Shown here: piece by piece, positions 1-10,252 of the stretch
Position numbering within the stretch: position 1 is the stretch's first letter
Layout: each line of letters opens with the position of its first letter
IMG/VR virus record: IMGVR_UViG_3300021364_003460
Span: 126,866 to 190,865 of that record
From: a virus
Direction: 5' to 3' (one strand)
Length of the DNA stretch: 64,000 bases
The notes under the pieces: generated by a model
Databases searched by the model: none
The model's input: the letters and a program-made list of their open reading frames with translations, nothing else
What the model was told of the DNA's origin: nothing
Program-made: the position numbers and the translations under genes

Positions 1-1
1 T

Positions 2-274
2 AGATTCAATCAAAATAGCACCAATGAAGGAACTACCCTTTATAAAGAAACTATAGATTTAAGTAAATATCCTAAAGAGCTCAAACCTGTATTAGCTGAG
101 ATCCACTCCCAAGGTTCACTAGGTCTATCTAAATGGTATGAAGTAGTCTACTTTGATTCAGACATTAGATACTGTTGGTGTAGCTATGCTGGTAGTGATA
201 CCTTTAAGAAAGGTGAGCAAGTGGTAGCCTGGGAGTATGTTGACAATATTGAGTTAAGTAATAAAGTAAACTAA
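2..274 (+). CDS. Hypothetical protein, 5'-truncated by the window edge
   Basis: Frame open from nt 2 to TAA at 272-274 (manual translation RFNQNSTNEG...SNKVN); co-oriented with downstream small genes. Confidence 0.6.
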   Translation, partial: RFNQNSTNEGTTLYKETIDLSKYPKELKPVLAEIHSQGSLGLSKWYEVVYFDSDIRYCWCSYAGSDTFKKGEQVVAWEYVDNIELSNKVN

Positions 275-279
275 TGTAG

Positions 280-287
280 GCGATCGC
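280..287. repeat. HIP1 octamer (cyanobacterial highly iterated palindrome)
   Basis: GCGATCGC in an intergenic position, in a sequence where CG is otherwise very rare. Confidence 0.7.
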
Positions 288-315
288 TAACAATCAATAA
301 AATAAAGGAGGTTAC

Positions 316-807
316 ATGACTAAACCCATTATTGGAGAAATTTACATATATAAAGATGAAGAGTATACTTACACAGAAGAATGTGATAAGTTACAGAAAA
401 CCCCTTATTCTGAACTATATGTAGAAAGAGATGAACAGATAACTACAATACCTAATGGTAGCTATAAAAAGAAAACTGAAGTTGACTTATATAATGAACT
501 GTTTAAGTTAACTAACTATTATTGGTATGTTGAACCTATTACAGTTAAGACTAAAAATAATAGAAACGTTACCAGAGGTTATAGATTTAGTAGAACTTTA
601 AATCTAGTTAACTTAGAAGGCTTCTATTGTTTAGAAGATAGTAAATGGGAATCTAAATATAAGTTAACTATTAGGTATAAAGATACTGAAGAAAGAGGAT
701 ATATCTTAGAAAGTGTTAAGTCAGATAACTCTCTTGAAGAAGTTATAAATCAAACAAAAGAATACTTAGTTAACTTATACAAAGCAGACTTAAAGGAGCT
801 TGCATGA
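316..807 (+). CDS. Hypothetical phage protein (163 aa)
   Basis: ORF with AAGGAGG SD upstream; ATGA overlap with next ORF. Confidence 0.8.
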   Translation: MTKPIIGEIYIYKDEEYTYTEECDKLQKTPYSELYVERDEQITTIPNGSYKKKTEVDLYNELFKLTNYYWYVEPITVKTKNNRNVTRGYRFSRTLNLVNLEGFYCLEDSKWESKYKLTIRYKDTEERGYILESVKSDNSLEEVINQTKEYLVNLYKADLKELA

Positions 808-1019
808 ATTACACTAAAGAGTTTGAAGACTGGTGGACATATACCTACAAAGGAAAGTTAAACCCTACTCCTAGTTTAGAAGAAGCCTTTAAAGAGGTAG
901 CTTATGCAGCTTGGCAACATCAGCAAACTGAAATACAAGAAGCTAGAAATATAGCTGAAAAAGTTAGAGATGAATTAAATGAAGAAGTATCAAAATATTA
1001 CAAGTTTAGTTGGGAGTAA
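804..1019 (+). CDS. Hypothetical phage protein (71 aa)
   Basis: ORF coupled to the previous gene; FEDWW...AYAAWQ pattern typical of small phage proteins. Confidence 0.7.
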   Translation: MNYTKEFEDWWTYTYKGKLNPTPSLEEAFKEVAYAAWQHQQTEIQEARNIAEKVRDELNEEVSKYYKFSWE

Positions 1020-1025
1020 TTAAAC

Positions 1026-1361
1026 ATGACTATACAAAAAGGTAGCCCTCTCTACATAGCTCAAAGACAGTATAGAAAAGGGCTAAAAGAAGCAAAAAGA
1101 ATTATTGAACTAGAGTTATCTCAGTTTGATGAAAATGGAGAGTATAATAGAAAGTTTCCTCCTAGTATCTATAACAACTTATATCAGTTAACTACATTGT
1201 CAGCTAAGTTTGAAGCACTATTAGAAGTAGAGGAAGAGATAAAAAGTTCTTCTTTTGAAGTTGTTAGTAACCCTACTAATGCAATTATTGAGAAACTTAA
1301 ATCTACTCAGATCCCTTTTATAGATAAAGAAGGTAATGAATGGTATAGATTAAATCAGTAA
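1026..1361 (+). CDS. Hypothetical phage protein (111 aa)
   Basis: ORF; 3' end overlaps the end of the convergent virion operon. Confidence 0.7.
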   Translation: MTIQKGSPLYIAQRQYRKGLKEAKRIIELELSQFDENGEYNRKFPPSIYNNLYQLTTLSAKFEALLEVEEEIKSSSFEVVSNPTNAIIEKLKSTQIPFIDKEGNEWYRLNQ

Positions 1362-4156
1362 ACAACTCCCTTCAGTTTCATAATATAAGGTACTACTTCA
1401 GCATTCTGACTACTAAACTCTATCTTTAAAGTTAACTTAGTCCTGAGTATTCTAGAAGTATTACCATTGATATCTGTACTTACTGTAGTGGGGTCTAAAT
1501 CCTTAACTACCCAAGTACCCTTACTCAAGGGAATATTGCCATTTACTAACTCTACAGTATCCTCATCTAATTGAATAGCTTGCCAGGTTTCTCCAGCATT
1601 AGAGCTAAAGCTAACTGTAATATCAGTACCAGTAGGTTTATAATAGTCAAACTCTACTTCTACATTTCTATAACCTTTTTTGTAATCTATAGTTCTGCTA
1701 ACCCAAGTCCCAGTCTTCTTATTCTCTTGAATAGTAAAGTCAGACTGATTTAGCAACACTATAGGGAACAAGTTAGTAGTCCCACTTAAAACTAACTTAA
1801 TATCAACTTCACTTCTGTTACCTTCTATTGGCTGACTAGAATTAAGAGATAACCAACTACCATTAACATTTCTATAAAAGTATTCTACTCTAGTTGCTTG
1901 AGGACAAATAGTTTTAATATTTCTATTAATAAAATGAATGTTACCCAGAGGATTACTAATCTTGTAAACTACTTCACTATTGCTAACTGAAGGTACTGCT
2001 TGTACTAACTGAAATGTTAAGTCTTTAGATAAATCCCTTACCCATTGATTCTGTTGTTTAAATAATAGGTCTCCTGCAATTAAAGGCTGCAAATCAGATA
2101 CAGAGGTAGAATTAATACTTCTTTGACCTGCTTGAGCATAATAGAATTCTAAAGGCTGCCCATTAGTTAGAGGAGCTATTACTAAAGCATACTGTCCTGT
2201 AGATGTTAAAGGTATTGGGATATCAAAGTTAATTGAACTAAACCTTGTACCATCTGAAGATAAGTTAACATCTACTAATTTTAGTATTCCTTGACCTAAT
2301 GTCTCTCCAGTAGGTAAATCAGAATTAGCTTTTACTACAGAAACCAAAGCTACATTAATATCAGGATTAGTAAACTGAGGTACTCTCCTTAAAGCCAAGT
2401 TTACTTTGCTCAACATTAACGGGGCTTCAACAGTAAAAGTTTGAGCAATACTAGAGTTGTAATCTAGTTTTGTTAACTCACCACCTTTATCTCTAAACAA
2501 TACATTAGCTGACTGGTTACTGTTAGATACGGTAATAGTGTATTGTTTGTAAGATAAGTTAGTTGGCACATTAAAAGTTAATCTAAAGCTGCCATCTTCA
2601 CTAGCTTTAATAGTGTTAACATTAGTTCCTAAAGTTCCTTTAAGTAAGTTAAACTCAGTAATCTGAACATTACCAAATACTATTCTTAAATTATCTGCAT
2701 TAGAGTTAAAACCATAACCCTCTAAAGTTACTAAAGTAGTTTCTAAAGTAGAAGTAATTACTACATTACTAGGAGTTTGTACTTCTAATTCATAAGAGCT
2801 AAAAGGTTCTAATTCTGCTAAAGATTGATATTCTTTAGTTAATGTATTAGGTCTACCATTAGGAGGATTAACTGTGATAGTAGCTTTAGATGTAGTATCA
2901 GTTAAACTAATAAAACCAGTAGCTCTATTTTGCTCTATTACTATATTCTCACTAAGAATAGGAGTAATAGTGTAAGGTAATCCATTCTTACTATTTACAT
3001 CTATACCTGTAGAAAGTACCTGAGTCAAGTTACTAAAGTTAATAGTATTAGAAGTCAGCCCGTTTCTTAGCAAACCATATTTAGGAATTATAGAAGCATT
3101 GTAATCTATATTATTAATATCACTATTGTTTAGGTTAACAAAAGAGTCAGCTATAATACCTAACAAATTAGAATCTTCAAAAGTAAATTTATCTACAGAT
3201 TGTTTGTTAAGTATATTCTCTAAATAGATTTCTTGGTTTAACTTATCTCTAGAAAGCAGTAACTTTAAATCTGAGTTAGTTACAGGTCTAGCTTTAGTAG
3301 ACAGCACTTGAAGTTTACTATCTACTCTTTCTATTAATCCTAAGAATATAGAATTAAACTTAGAGGTAGGTGCAGCCTTTTCCAATATCAGTCCCCCATA
3401 ATAAGTTAAATAAACAGAATATTGTACCGTGACTTCTCTATCTATCTTAAAAGAAGAGGGATAGTATAATTCCACTAATCTACCGTTTATATAGGCTTTC
3501 CCAACAGTAATGCTAACTGTATTAATAGAAGTAATAGATAATTCTAATCCCTCAGCTACAAAGTCACCAACCTCTTCATATATTCTCTGAGCTAAATAAT
3601 CAGTAATTAAGGAAGTAATATATTGATTACTATATTGTAATGAGTAACCTTCCTCTTTATAGTAAAAAATATGAGGATAATTACTAATAGATTCTCCTTG
3701 AACTACAGCTATAGGAAAGCTATCTGCATTTAATATAATTTCAGAACTAACTACCAATCTATCTGCTCCTAAGTCTCCACATAACTCACCTCCTGTTAGA
3801 GGATCTCTAAACTCAGTAACAGTAGTAAACTTAGGATTAATTCCTACATAAGTTCTTTCTCCATATAAAGCTAAAAAAGTAATTTCAGGTATATCTACAA
3901 AGTAACCTTTATTCTCAATTCTAATAAACACTTGACCTTTAGATAACTTCATTAAGTACCCTTCAGAAGTAAAACTATCTAAAGTAATCTCTAATCCTTT
4001 TATAATTCTATAGTTAGAAAATAAGTAATCAAAAGCTTGAGTGTGCTGGTAATTAATTAAAGATTGTATTTCATTAAACTCAGCAGCTTGAGACTTTTTA
4101 TCAGGTCTAAATAATATTTTTTGCCAACTATTATCAAATCTATCAAAATAAGTCAT
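1355..4156 (-). CDS. VrlC/DUF4815-like virion (baseplate/tail) protein, 933 aa
   Basis: N-terminal YFDRFD..WQKILFRPDKKSQAAEFNEIQS matches the family N-terminal pattern; beta-rich; paralogous to 4164..8564. Confidence 0.7.
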   Translation of the reverse strand: MTYFDRFDNSWQKILFRPDKKSQAAEFNEIQSLINYQHTQAFDYLFSNYRIIKGLEITLDSFTSEGYLMKLSKGQVFIRIENKGYFVDIPEITFLALYGERTYVGINPKFTTVTEFRDPLTGGELCGDLGADRLVVSSEIILNADSFPIAVVQGESISNYPHIFYYKEEGYSLQYSNQYITSLITDYLAQRIYEEVGDFVAEGLELSITSINTVSITVGKAYINGRLVELYYPSSFKIDREVTVQYSVYLTYYGGLILEKAAPTSKFNSIFLGLIERVDSKLQVLSTKARPVTNSDLKLLLSRDKLNQEIYLENILNKQSVDKFTFEDSNLLGIIADSFVNLNNSDINNIDYNASIIPKYGLLRNGLTSNTINFSNLTQVLSTGIDVNSKNGLPYTITPILSENIVIEQNRATGFISLTDTTSKATITVNPPNGRPNTLTKEYQSLAELEPFSSYELEVQTPSNVVITSTLETTLVTLEGYGFNSNADNLRIVFGNVQITEFNLLKGTLGTNVNTIKASEDGSFRLTFNVPTNLSYKQYTITVSNSNQSANVLFRDKGGELTKLDYNSSIAQTFTVEAPLMLSKVNLALRRVPQFTNPDINVALVSVVKANSDLPTGETLGQGILKLVDVNLSSDGTRFSSINFDIPIPLTSTGQYALVIAPLTNGQPLEFYYAQAGQRSINSTSVSDLQPLIAGDLLFKQQNQWVRDLSKDLTFQLVQAVPSVSNSEVVYKISNPLGNIHFINRNIKTICPQATRVEYFYRNVNGSWLSLNSSQPIEGNRSEVDIKLVLSGTTNLFPIVLLNQSDFTIQENKKTGTWVSRTIDYKKGYRNVEVEFDYYKPTGTDITVSFSSNAGETWQAIQLDEDTVELVNGNIPLSKGTWVVKDLDPTTVSTDINGNTSRILRTKLTLKIEFSSQNAEVVPYIMKLKGVVY

Positions 4157-4163
4157 ATCTACC

Positions 4164-7100
4164 TCAAGCTACATAAGTTTTAATATTGAGTACATTAGGT
4201 TGAATAGCTAAATTATCTGTAGTAAACTCTACTCTCCATCTAAATCTATTTCTACCATCTCCATTACTCATATATAAAGTTTCATTAGATAGCTTCCAAG
4301 TAGCTTGCTTGATCTGTAAACCAGCATCTATAAACTTATCAGTAGTAGTATCTTTAGTTAACTCAAACCATTCTTGCCCTTGAATAGGTAATCCCTCATT
4401 AGGGCTGTAGTAAGCTTTAATATCTGTTCCAGCAGGTTGTAAGTAATCTAAAGTCACGTACACATCTTTATATAATCTGTTGTAAGTAGTTTGATTAGAG
4501 ATTATATGAGAACTAGCTAACCCTACGTACAAACTAACTGAAGATCCTTGAAGCACCAATGCAGGAGAAACATTATCTCTTAATGAAGACAACTTAGCTC
4601 TAATAGCTACATTAGTTACAGGGTTGTCCAAGCATACTAACCTATTAGAATCAAAGTTAATCCAAGTGTTAGTTCCAATAAGTTGATATTGGTATTGAAG
4701 GAAAGTATCTGAAGGAAGTATGTCCCTACTATTTAAACAGAAAGAAGTAACATAACTTAAATTATCTACTACACCATAGTTGCCTAAATCAACAATTACT
4801 TCATTAGCGATAGTAAAAGTAGCTTTTTGTAATTCATAAGTTAAGTCTTCTCTTTCTAACCTATTGAGAGACTTACCCTCATTAGAATAGAATAATTCTC
4901 CTTCTAGATAAAGTTGGTCTCCTACTGATCCTCCAGTAAGTAAATCAGTACCAGCAACTTCAGCACTAAATATTTCATACCCGCTACCTTTAGAGTAAAG
5001 ACTAATATTATAAAGTTTATTGGGGTTTATTAATATAGGATAACTAAAAGTAAACTCAGTCCAGTTAGTGCCATCTGTAGAAGGTTGATACAGATTACTA
5101 AAAGCACTAGAGTAATAACTTCTATTAGGGGCTTTGTCTACTAAATCAGATTCACCCAAATTAACTATTAAGTCTTCATTTAGATCAATAGAATTTAACT
5201 TTAGTTTTACCTTAGTTAAATAACAATAATCATATACTTTAAAAGTCTGATAAATAGAGTCAAACAGTATAGGGAACTGTTGTTCTGTAGTTAAAGAAGT
5301 TAAACTGACATTAGGTAACGTACCTGGATTAACTATACTACTGCTAAATTGAAAAGCTTGAGAATCATATTTACTAGACTTTAGTTTTAGTAAGAAAGAA
5401 TCAGCTATAGGTTTATTAAATGAAATATCCCAATTCTCTAAAGCAGAAATAACTATCTGACTAAATAAGTTATTGTAGACTCCTATTTGAGTTTTAGCAT
5501 AACCTTTACTGCCAGTTGGAGCTACTGATATAATTTCTAAGCTATGAGAACCAAAGACTAAATCAGTGGGTATATTAAAGCTAAAAGAAATAGTACCATC
5601 ACTTTTACTTCTTATACTACCTGGATACTCTACTGATAAAGGTGTACTGTCTAATAAAGTGTAGTTTCTTATCTCTGTCCCAGATAAGTATACTTTATAA
5701 CCACCATTGTTAGGAGGTAATCCTTCTACTTTTATCTTAATTAAGTTAGTATTAGATTTAACTAAGTTAGAAATATATCCAAGGAAACTAATTGTATTTT
5801 GAAATATATTTCCTACAGGAGTACCCTCTATAAAAGACTTATATAATTTCTCTCCAAAAGATTTAAATAATACTTGGTTGTTAGTAGATATTTTTTGAAG
5901 TATTAAAGGTTTATTTTCAGAAAGTCTAGTAAGTAGAGTAGTGGCTTTTGCTAATGGGTCACAAGAAGTAAACTTGCTAAAAGGTTTATTGTTAAATATT
6001 AATTCAGGATAAGCAGTAATTTTGGCTCTTTTATTAATATTTACTTGAGGAGAAACTGCTCTAGTTTTAGTTAATCTATTTTGAGATAATAGTACAGAGT
6101 TAGAGTAAGGTAATGTTACAAAGTAGTTGTCTCCAAACTCATTCTCACTTATTGTGCCTCCAGATACATATTTTAAGCTAACGTCTTTGTGGGTATAACC
6201 TCCAGTGAGTGATTGTATAGCAGGAGAGATAGCGCCTGTACTATTATCTAAATCTACTTTAGATAAGTCTTGAAGAGAAGTATTGTAGTAACCTATCGGA
6301 GTGACTTCATTATCAGCAGCATCTAATTGAGCAGCTACATCTAATCTTTGGTTTTCTAACTCACAAGTATTCTTTTTAACTAACTCTACAATACCTTGAA
6401 TCTCTTCATTTCTTAGTATCTTACAATCAGAAGGAGTTACTTCAGTAGAGTTAGCATATAGTTTAAAAGTAGCTAATGGTAATAAATTAGTGGCTACAAC
6501 AGGTAATTCAGCTACACCAGAAGAAGATAAAGTGTAGTTTAAATTACCTTCTTTATCTAAAGTTATTACCCCTACTTTAGAAAGATAATAAGTGTAGTCT
6601 ACATAAAACCTCTGATTAGGAGCAGGAGTAGTATTAATAAATTCAATAGAGTCAGTGGCTTGATTTAGTTGATAATCAGTTCCTTTTGCTAAAGGTTGAG
6701 TATATAGAAAAGACACATAATAAGTGGTTCCAGCAGCAGGTTCATTAGCACTTACAGAACTAAGAGACCAATCTATTTCAGATTGATTAACTAATTGATA
6801 ATCCACTCCCTCTACATAAGTAGTATCTCCTTGAAATACTTTAACTATTCTAAATATAGAGTCATCTCCTAACTTGTCTGATGTTCCCGGAGTAACTCCC
6901 CTGACAATAGGTTTATTGTATTCAGCTAACTCAGCAGTAACATTAACTATATCTGCTACTGGTCTAAATCCTAGTTGATAAGAGTTAGAGCTGCCTGCTC
7001 CTGATAAATTAGCAGAATTAACATCTACTAATAAAACTTCAGAGTCTCCTATAACTATATTATTTTCATCTCTTTCTTCAATAGTTATATTAAGTTCTAT

Positions 7101-8564
7101 CTGATTAGCTACTTCATTTAAAGTTGTAGAAGTAATCTCTAAAGCCGTACCCACTCTATCTATAACTAAGTTATTTTTAATAATAGTTCTTAATACTTCA
7201 CTACTTAATATTACAGTAGTAGAGCTAATAACTATAGAACTTAGAGCTTGGTTAATAGGTTTATTAATTTCTGTAGTTATAAAGTCAAGTAGACTCTCTA
7301 CACTATCAAAATTACTATTCTCTAGAGCTAACTCAAGTTTGATATCTACAAATTGTTGGTTATATAAAAGTTTAGTAAACTCAATTGTTAGTAAAGTGTT
7401 TTGATTAACTACATCAGCCCATAAAGAGCTATCTTCTAAACTAAAAGTTCTTAAAGTAGTAGCTTGATCACCAGCATAAGTAAAAATGGCTCCATTGACT
7501 CTACTAACTTCTAGGCTTTTAGGTACTTCTAATACTACTGGAGATAATATAGGAACTCTATAACCTTCTACATAAGCAACTCCAGGAGATATAGAAAAGT
7601 AAACTTTATCAGTAAGTAGACTCCTAGCACTAATTAAAGATTGTTCAGCTTTGTCTGAAATTAGTTTCTTACTTGTGTACAACCTAGATAACTCATTATA
7701 TCTAGCTGTAATATCTTCTAATCTTGATTCTAAATCTTGTAGTGCAATTAAATTAGAGTTAGTTGGAGTTCTATTGTAAAGTAAAGTAGTAGCTTGAACT
7801 TGAGAAGTTAAGTTATCTAAAGAAGCCTTAGCATTCAATACTTGGGAATAGACATCCTGAGTTTCATTAACTAAGTTAGCAGTATTTTCTTGTAGAGCAT
7901 TATACTTAGCTACATCTGTAACTGCTCTTTCACTAGCTTCAATAACAGATATTTCTAAACCTCCAGGTAAACAAAAGTTGCCTGTTCTAGCATAAGTATA
8001 GTTAGCTAGTGATTCATCTATTTTAGAGTAAATGTTAGTTTCTTTTTGTATTAAACCTCCGTTGACTACTCTAGCTAAAGTAAAAGCAGAAGCATTGTCT
8101 ATTACTAAAGTAGTATTCCAAATTAATCTAGCTGCACCAGGTAATCCATATAAGGCTCCTCCTTTAACAGGATCTCTTAAGCTAGGTACTTCCTCTTCAG
8201 TAATAATAGAAGGAACAATAGATAAACCTATGTTAAACTCTCCAGTATTATTAACTGTAATAGTTTGTCCTGGTACATCTAGTACAATGCCATCTACATA
8301 AAACTTACCAGAAGACATAGTAAACTCACTCTCATCTTCTGTTTTAGATAGCAATTCAAATTTGAGTCCATAGATAACAGAACCATTAGCAAACAAAGTA
8401 TCAAGACCTTGTTTCATAAAATCCTGCATTAGTGACTGCATTTCTATTAACTCAGCAGTTTGCAGAGGTCTTCCATGATTAAATAATAACTTTATCCAAC
8501 CTGTCTCTCTTGTGTATCTATCTCTATAATCACCAGAATTAAAGTTATATAAATTAGTTGTCAT
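4164..8564 (-). CDS. VrlC/DUF4815-like large virion (baseplate/tail) protein, 1466 aa
   Basis: N-terminal YRDRY..GWIKLLFNHGRPLQTAELIEMQS; internal FSISPGVAYVEGY motif; lies in the baseplate operon. Confidence 0.75.
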   Translation of the reverse strand: MTTNLYNFNSGDYRDRYTRETGWIKLLFNHGRPLQTAELIEMQSLMQDFMKQGLDTLFANGSVIYGLKFELLSKTEDESEFTMSSGKFYVDGIVLDVPGQTITVNNTGEFNIGLSIVPSIITEEEVPSLRDPVKGGALYGLPGAARLIWNTTLVIDNASAFTLARVVNGGLIQKETNIYSKIDESLANYTYARTGNFCLPGGLEISVIEASERAVTDVAKYNALQENTANLVNETQDVYSQVLNAKASLDNLTSQVQATTLLYNRTPTNSNLIALQDLESRLEDITARYNELSRLYTSKKLISDKAEQSLISARSLLTDKVYFSISPGVAYVEGYRVPILSPVVLEVPKSLEVSRVNGAIFTYAGDQATTLRTFSLEDSSLWADVVNQNTLLTIEFTKLLYNQQFVDIKLELALENSNFDSVESLLDFITTEINKPINQALSSIVISSTTVILSSEVLRTIIKNNLVIDRVGTALEITSTTLNEVANQIELNITIEERDENNIVIGDSEVLLVDVNSANLSGAGSSNSYQLGFRPVADIVNVTAELAEYNKPIVRGVTPGTSDKLGDDSIFRIVKVFQGDTTYVEGVDYQLVNQSEIDWSLSSVSANEPAAGTTYYVSFLYTQPLAKGTDYQLNQATDSIEFINTTPAPNQRFYVDYTYYLSKVGVITLDKEGNLNYTLSSSGVAELPVVATNLLPLATFKLYANSTEVTPSDCKILRNEEIQGIVELVKKNTCELENQRLDVAAQLDAADNEVTPIGYYNTSLQDLSKVDLDNSTGAISPAIQSLTGGYTHKDVSLKYVSGGTISENEFGDNYFVTLPYSNSVLLSQNRLTKTRAVSPQVNINKRAKITAYPELIFNNKPFSKFTSCDPLAKATTLLTRLSENKPLILQKISTNNQVLFKSFGEKLYKSFIEGTPVGNIFQNTISFLGYISNLVKSNTNLIKIKVEGLPPNNGGYKVYLSGTEIRNYTLLDSTPLSVEYPGSIRSKSDGTISFSFNIPTDLVFGSHSLEIISVAPTGSKGYAKTQIGVYNNLFSQIVISALENWDISFNKPIADSFLLKLKSSKYDSQAFQFSSSIVNPGTLPNVSLTSLTTEQQFPILFDSIYQTFKVYDYCYLTKVKLKLNSIDLNEDLIVNLGESDLVDKAPNRSYYSSAFSNLYQPSTDGTNWTEFTFSYPILINPNKLYNISLYSKGSGYEIFSAEVAGTDLLTGGSVGDQLYLEGELFYSNEGKSLNRLEREDLTYELQKATFTIANEVIVDLGNYGVVDNLSYVTSFCLNSRDILPSDTFLQYQYQLIGTNTWINFDSNRLVCLDNPVTNVAIRAKLSSLRDNVSPALVLQGSSVSLYVGLASSHIISNQTTYNRLYKDVYVTLDYLQPAGTDIKAYYSPNEGLPIQGQEWFELTKDTTTDKFIDAGLQIKQATWKLSNETLYMSNGDGRNRFRWRVEFTTDNLAIQPNVLNIKTYVA

Positions 8565-8565
8565 A

Positions 8566-9144
8566 TTAAAGTTTTAATAATAGTTGGAATATAGAAGTTT
8601 TATCAAGTATGTCACTCTTAAATATGGGTGTAAAGTAAGAAGCCCAATACAAATTCCCTTGGGTTTCTACAGATGTAGGTAGATACCTAATTTGCCCTTC
8701 AGTATCAAAAGTAATATCTTTAAACAACCCTACTGCTCTAAAGTTTTCTATATTAGCAAAAGTCAAATCACTCTCTTCAATTAGTATTCTAAAGTAAAGA
8801 TAATCTGGAGATATTGCTTCTAAAGTTTCTCTATTAGTAGTTTCTAAGTTAATAAGACTTAATTCTTCATTACCTATTACTTCACCACAACTTTCAAACT
8901 GAACATTACCACATTGACTTTTAGTTGCTAAAGTTTGAAATATAGGTTGTTTATATAATTTGATATCTGGGATAGTAGTTATAGTTTCTTCAGGAGCAGG
9001 AGGATTTTCTTCAGTTATATCAGTACCCCAACTACTATCCCAAGCTGTATCTTTACCTATAGCAAAGAAGTAAGTTGAATTTACTAAGTACAGTAGTCTA
9101 TCTACTTTACTAATAGTAGTATTTATATTTCTAAATATTGCCAC
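8566..9144 (-). CDS. Baseplate wedge protein, T4 gp8-like
   Basis: YFFAIGKDTAW...EENPPAP resembles the gp8-family YxxIGRxxPW..ExxPP motif; baseplate context. Confidence 0.55.
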   Translation of the reverse strand: MAIFRNINTTISKVDRLLYLVNSTYFFAIGKDTAWDSSWGTDITEENPPAPEETITTIPDIKLYKQPIFQTLATKSQCGNVQFESCGEVIGNEELSLINLETTNRETLEAISPDYLYFRILIEESDLTFANIENFRAVGLFKDITFDTEGQIRYLPTSVETQGNLYWASYFTPIFKSDILDKTSIFQLLLKL

Positions 9145-10252
9145 GCTCTATATCCTCTATAATTTCTTTAGCTGTAATACCTGCTGATATTAAAGAATGC
9201 TGTCTTGGTCCATCATAAGCAGTAGCTAGTATACCTGATACATACCAGTTGGCATTAGGATAGTTAACTTTAAAAGTATCAGTAATATCTGGAAAATTAG
9301 CTATGTAAGAATTAGTATTTACTTCTACAGGTAATGAACTTGAGTTAGGAATCAACCCAGTAACTAAACTAATATAGTCAATCTCTGCATTAATAACTTC
9401 AGAATAATCTCTTACTATTACTTTATTAAAGTTAGTATCTTTAAGTTTAGCTGCTATATAAGGAGTGATAGAAGGCTGCCATTGTTTAACTTTAAATAAG
9501 TAATCTAATCTGTCTTTATAAGTATTTAGACTTCTATAATAACTACCTAATGCTGACTTAGTACCCCATTCTCTATAGTTAGGAGCAGGATACTGATTTA
9601 CTTTAGGTTCTTTTTTAATAACCCAAGTCACCTCACCTTTTAAGTCACTACTAAAATAATTAACTTGTTCAGCAGCACCTTGACCTGACCCTAACACTAA
9701 CCATTTCTTATTAAAGTAATCTTCAGGTTTTTGTAATACAGTATTTAATTTAACTAATTTATCTTTTAGATTAGTATTCTTAATCCAGTTAGGTATATTA
9801 TCTTTACCTTTATATCCAGTGCAGAATACTACAGCATCTCCTTTTATAAACTTACCATTAGCTAAATTAACAGTATTACCTTCTACAGAAACTACTGTTT
9901 GTTTAATTAACTTTATCTTTTTATTAATAAGATAACTTAGTACCCATTCAAGATAGCTACAGAAATCCTTTCTCTTAACTTTAATATTACAAGATTCTAT
10001 AGCTGCCTGACTGTTAGTAAAAGGTAAATTGTAATCTAGATACTTACTCAGATTAAACTCTTGAAGCTCTTCTAAATAGGTTACTAAATCAAAAGTAAGT
10101 GGACTTCTCATTTCTAAATCTTCTATTAAGTAATCAGAAGTCCAAGTATGTAAAGGTAAAGGGTCTATTAAAGTAACTTTATGTCCTTTATATAAAGCAT
10201 ATAAAGTTACAGATAACCCCCTTGGTCCAGCTCCTACAATAGCAATCTTCAT
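9131..10252 (-). CDS. Flavin-dependent monooxygenase, lysine/ornithine N-hydroxylase-like
   Basis: FAD motif IAIVGAGPRG, then DP...W...MRSP; NAD(P)H motif VLGSGQGAAE; FCTG; C-terminal YVSG..A..DGP. Confidence 0.75.
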   Translation of the reverse strand: MKIAIVGAGPRGLSVTLYALYKGHKVTLIDPLPLHTWTSDYLIEDLEMRSPLTFDLVTYLEELQEFNLSKYLDYNLPFTNSQAAIESCNIKVKRKDFCSYLEWVLSYLINKKIKLIKQTVVSVEGNTVNLANGKFIKGDAVVFCTGYKGKDNIPNWIKNTNLKDKLVKLNTVLQKPEDYFNKKWLVLGSGQGAAEQVNYFSSDLKGEVTWVIKKEPKVNQYPAPNYREWGTKSALGSYYRSLNTYKDRLDYLFKVKQWQPSITPYIAAKLKDTNFNKVIVRDYSEVINAEIDYISLVTGLIPNSSSLPVEVNTNSYIANFPDITDTFKVNYPNANWYVSGILATAYDGPRQHSLISAGITAKEIIEDIERGNI

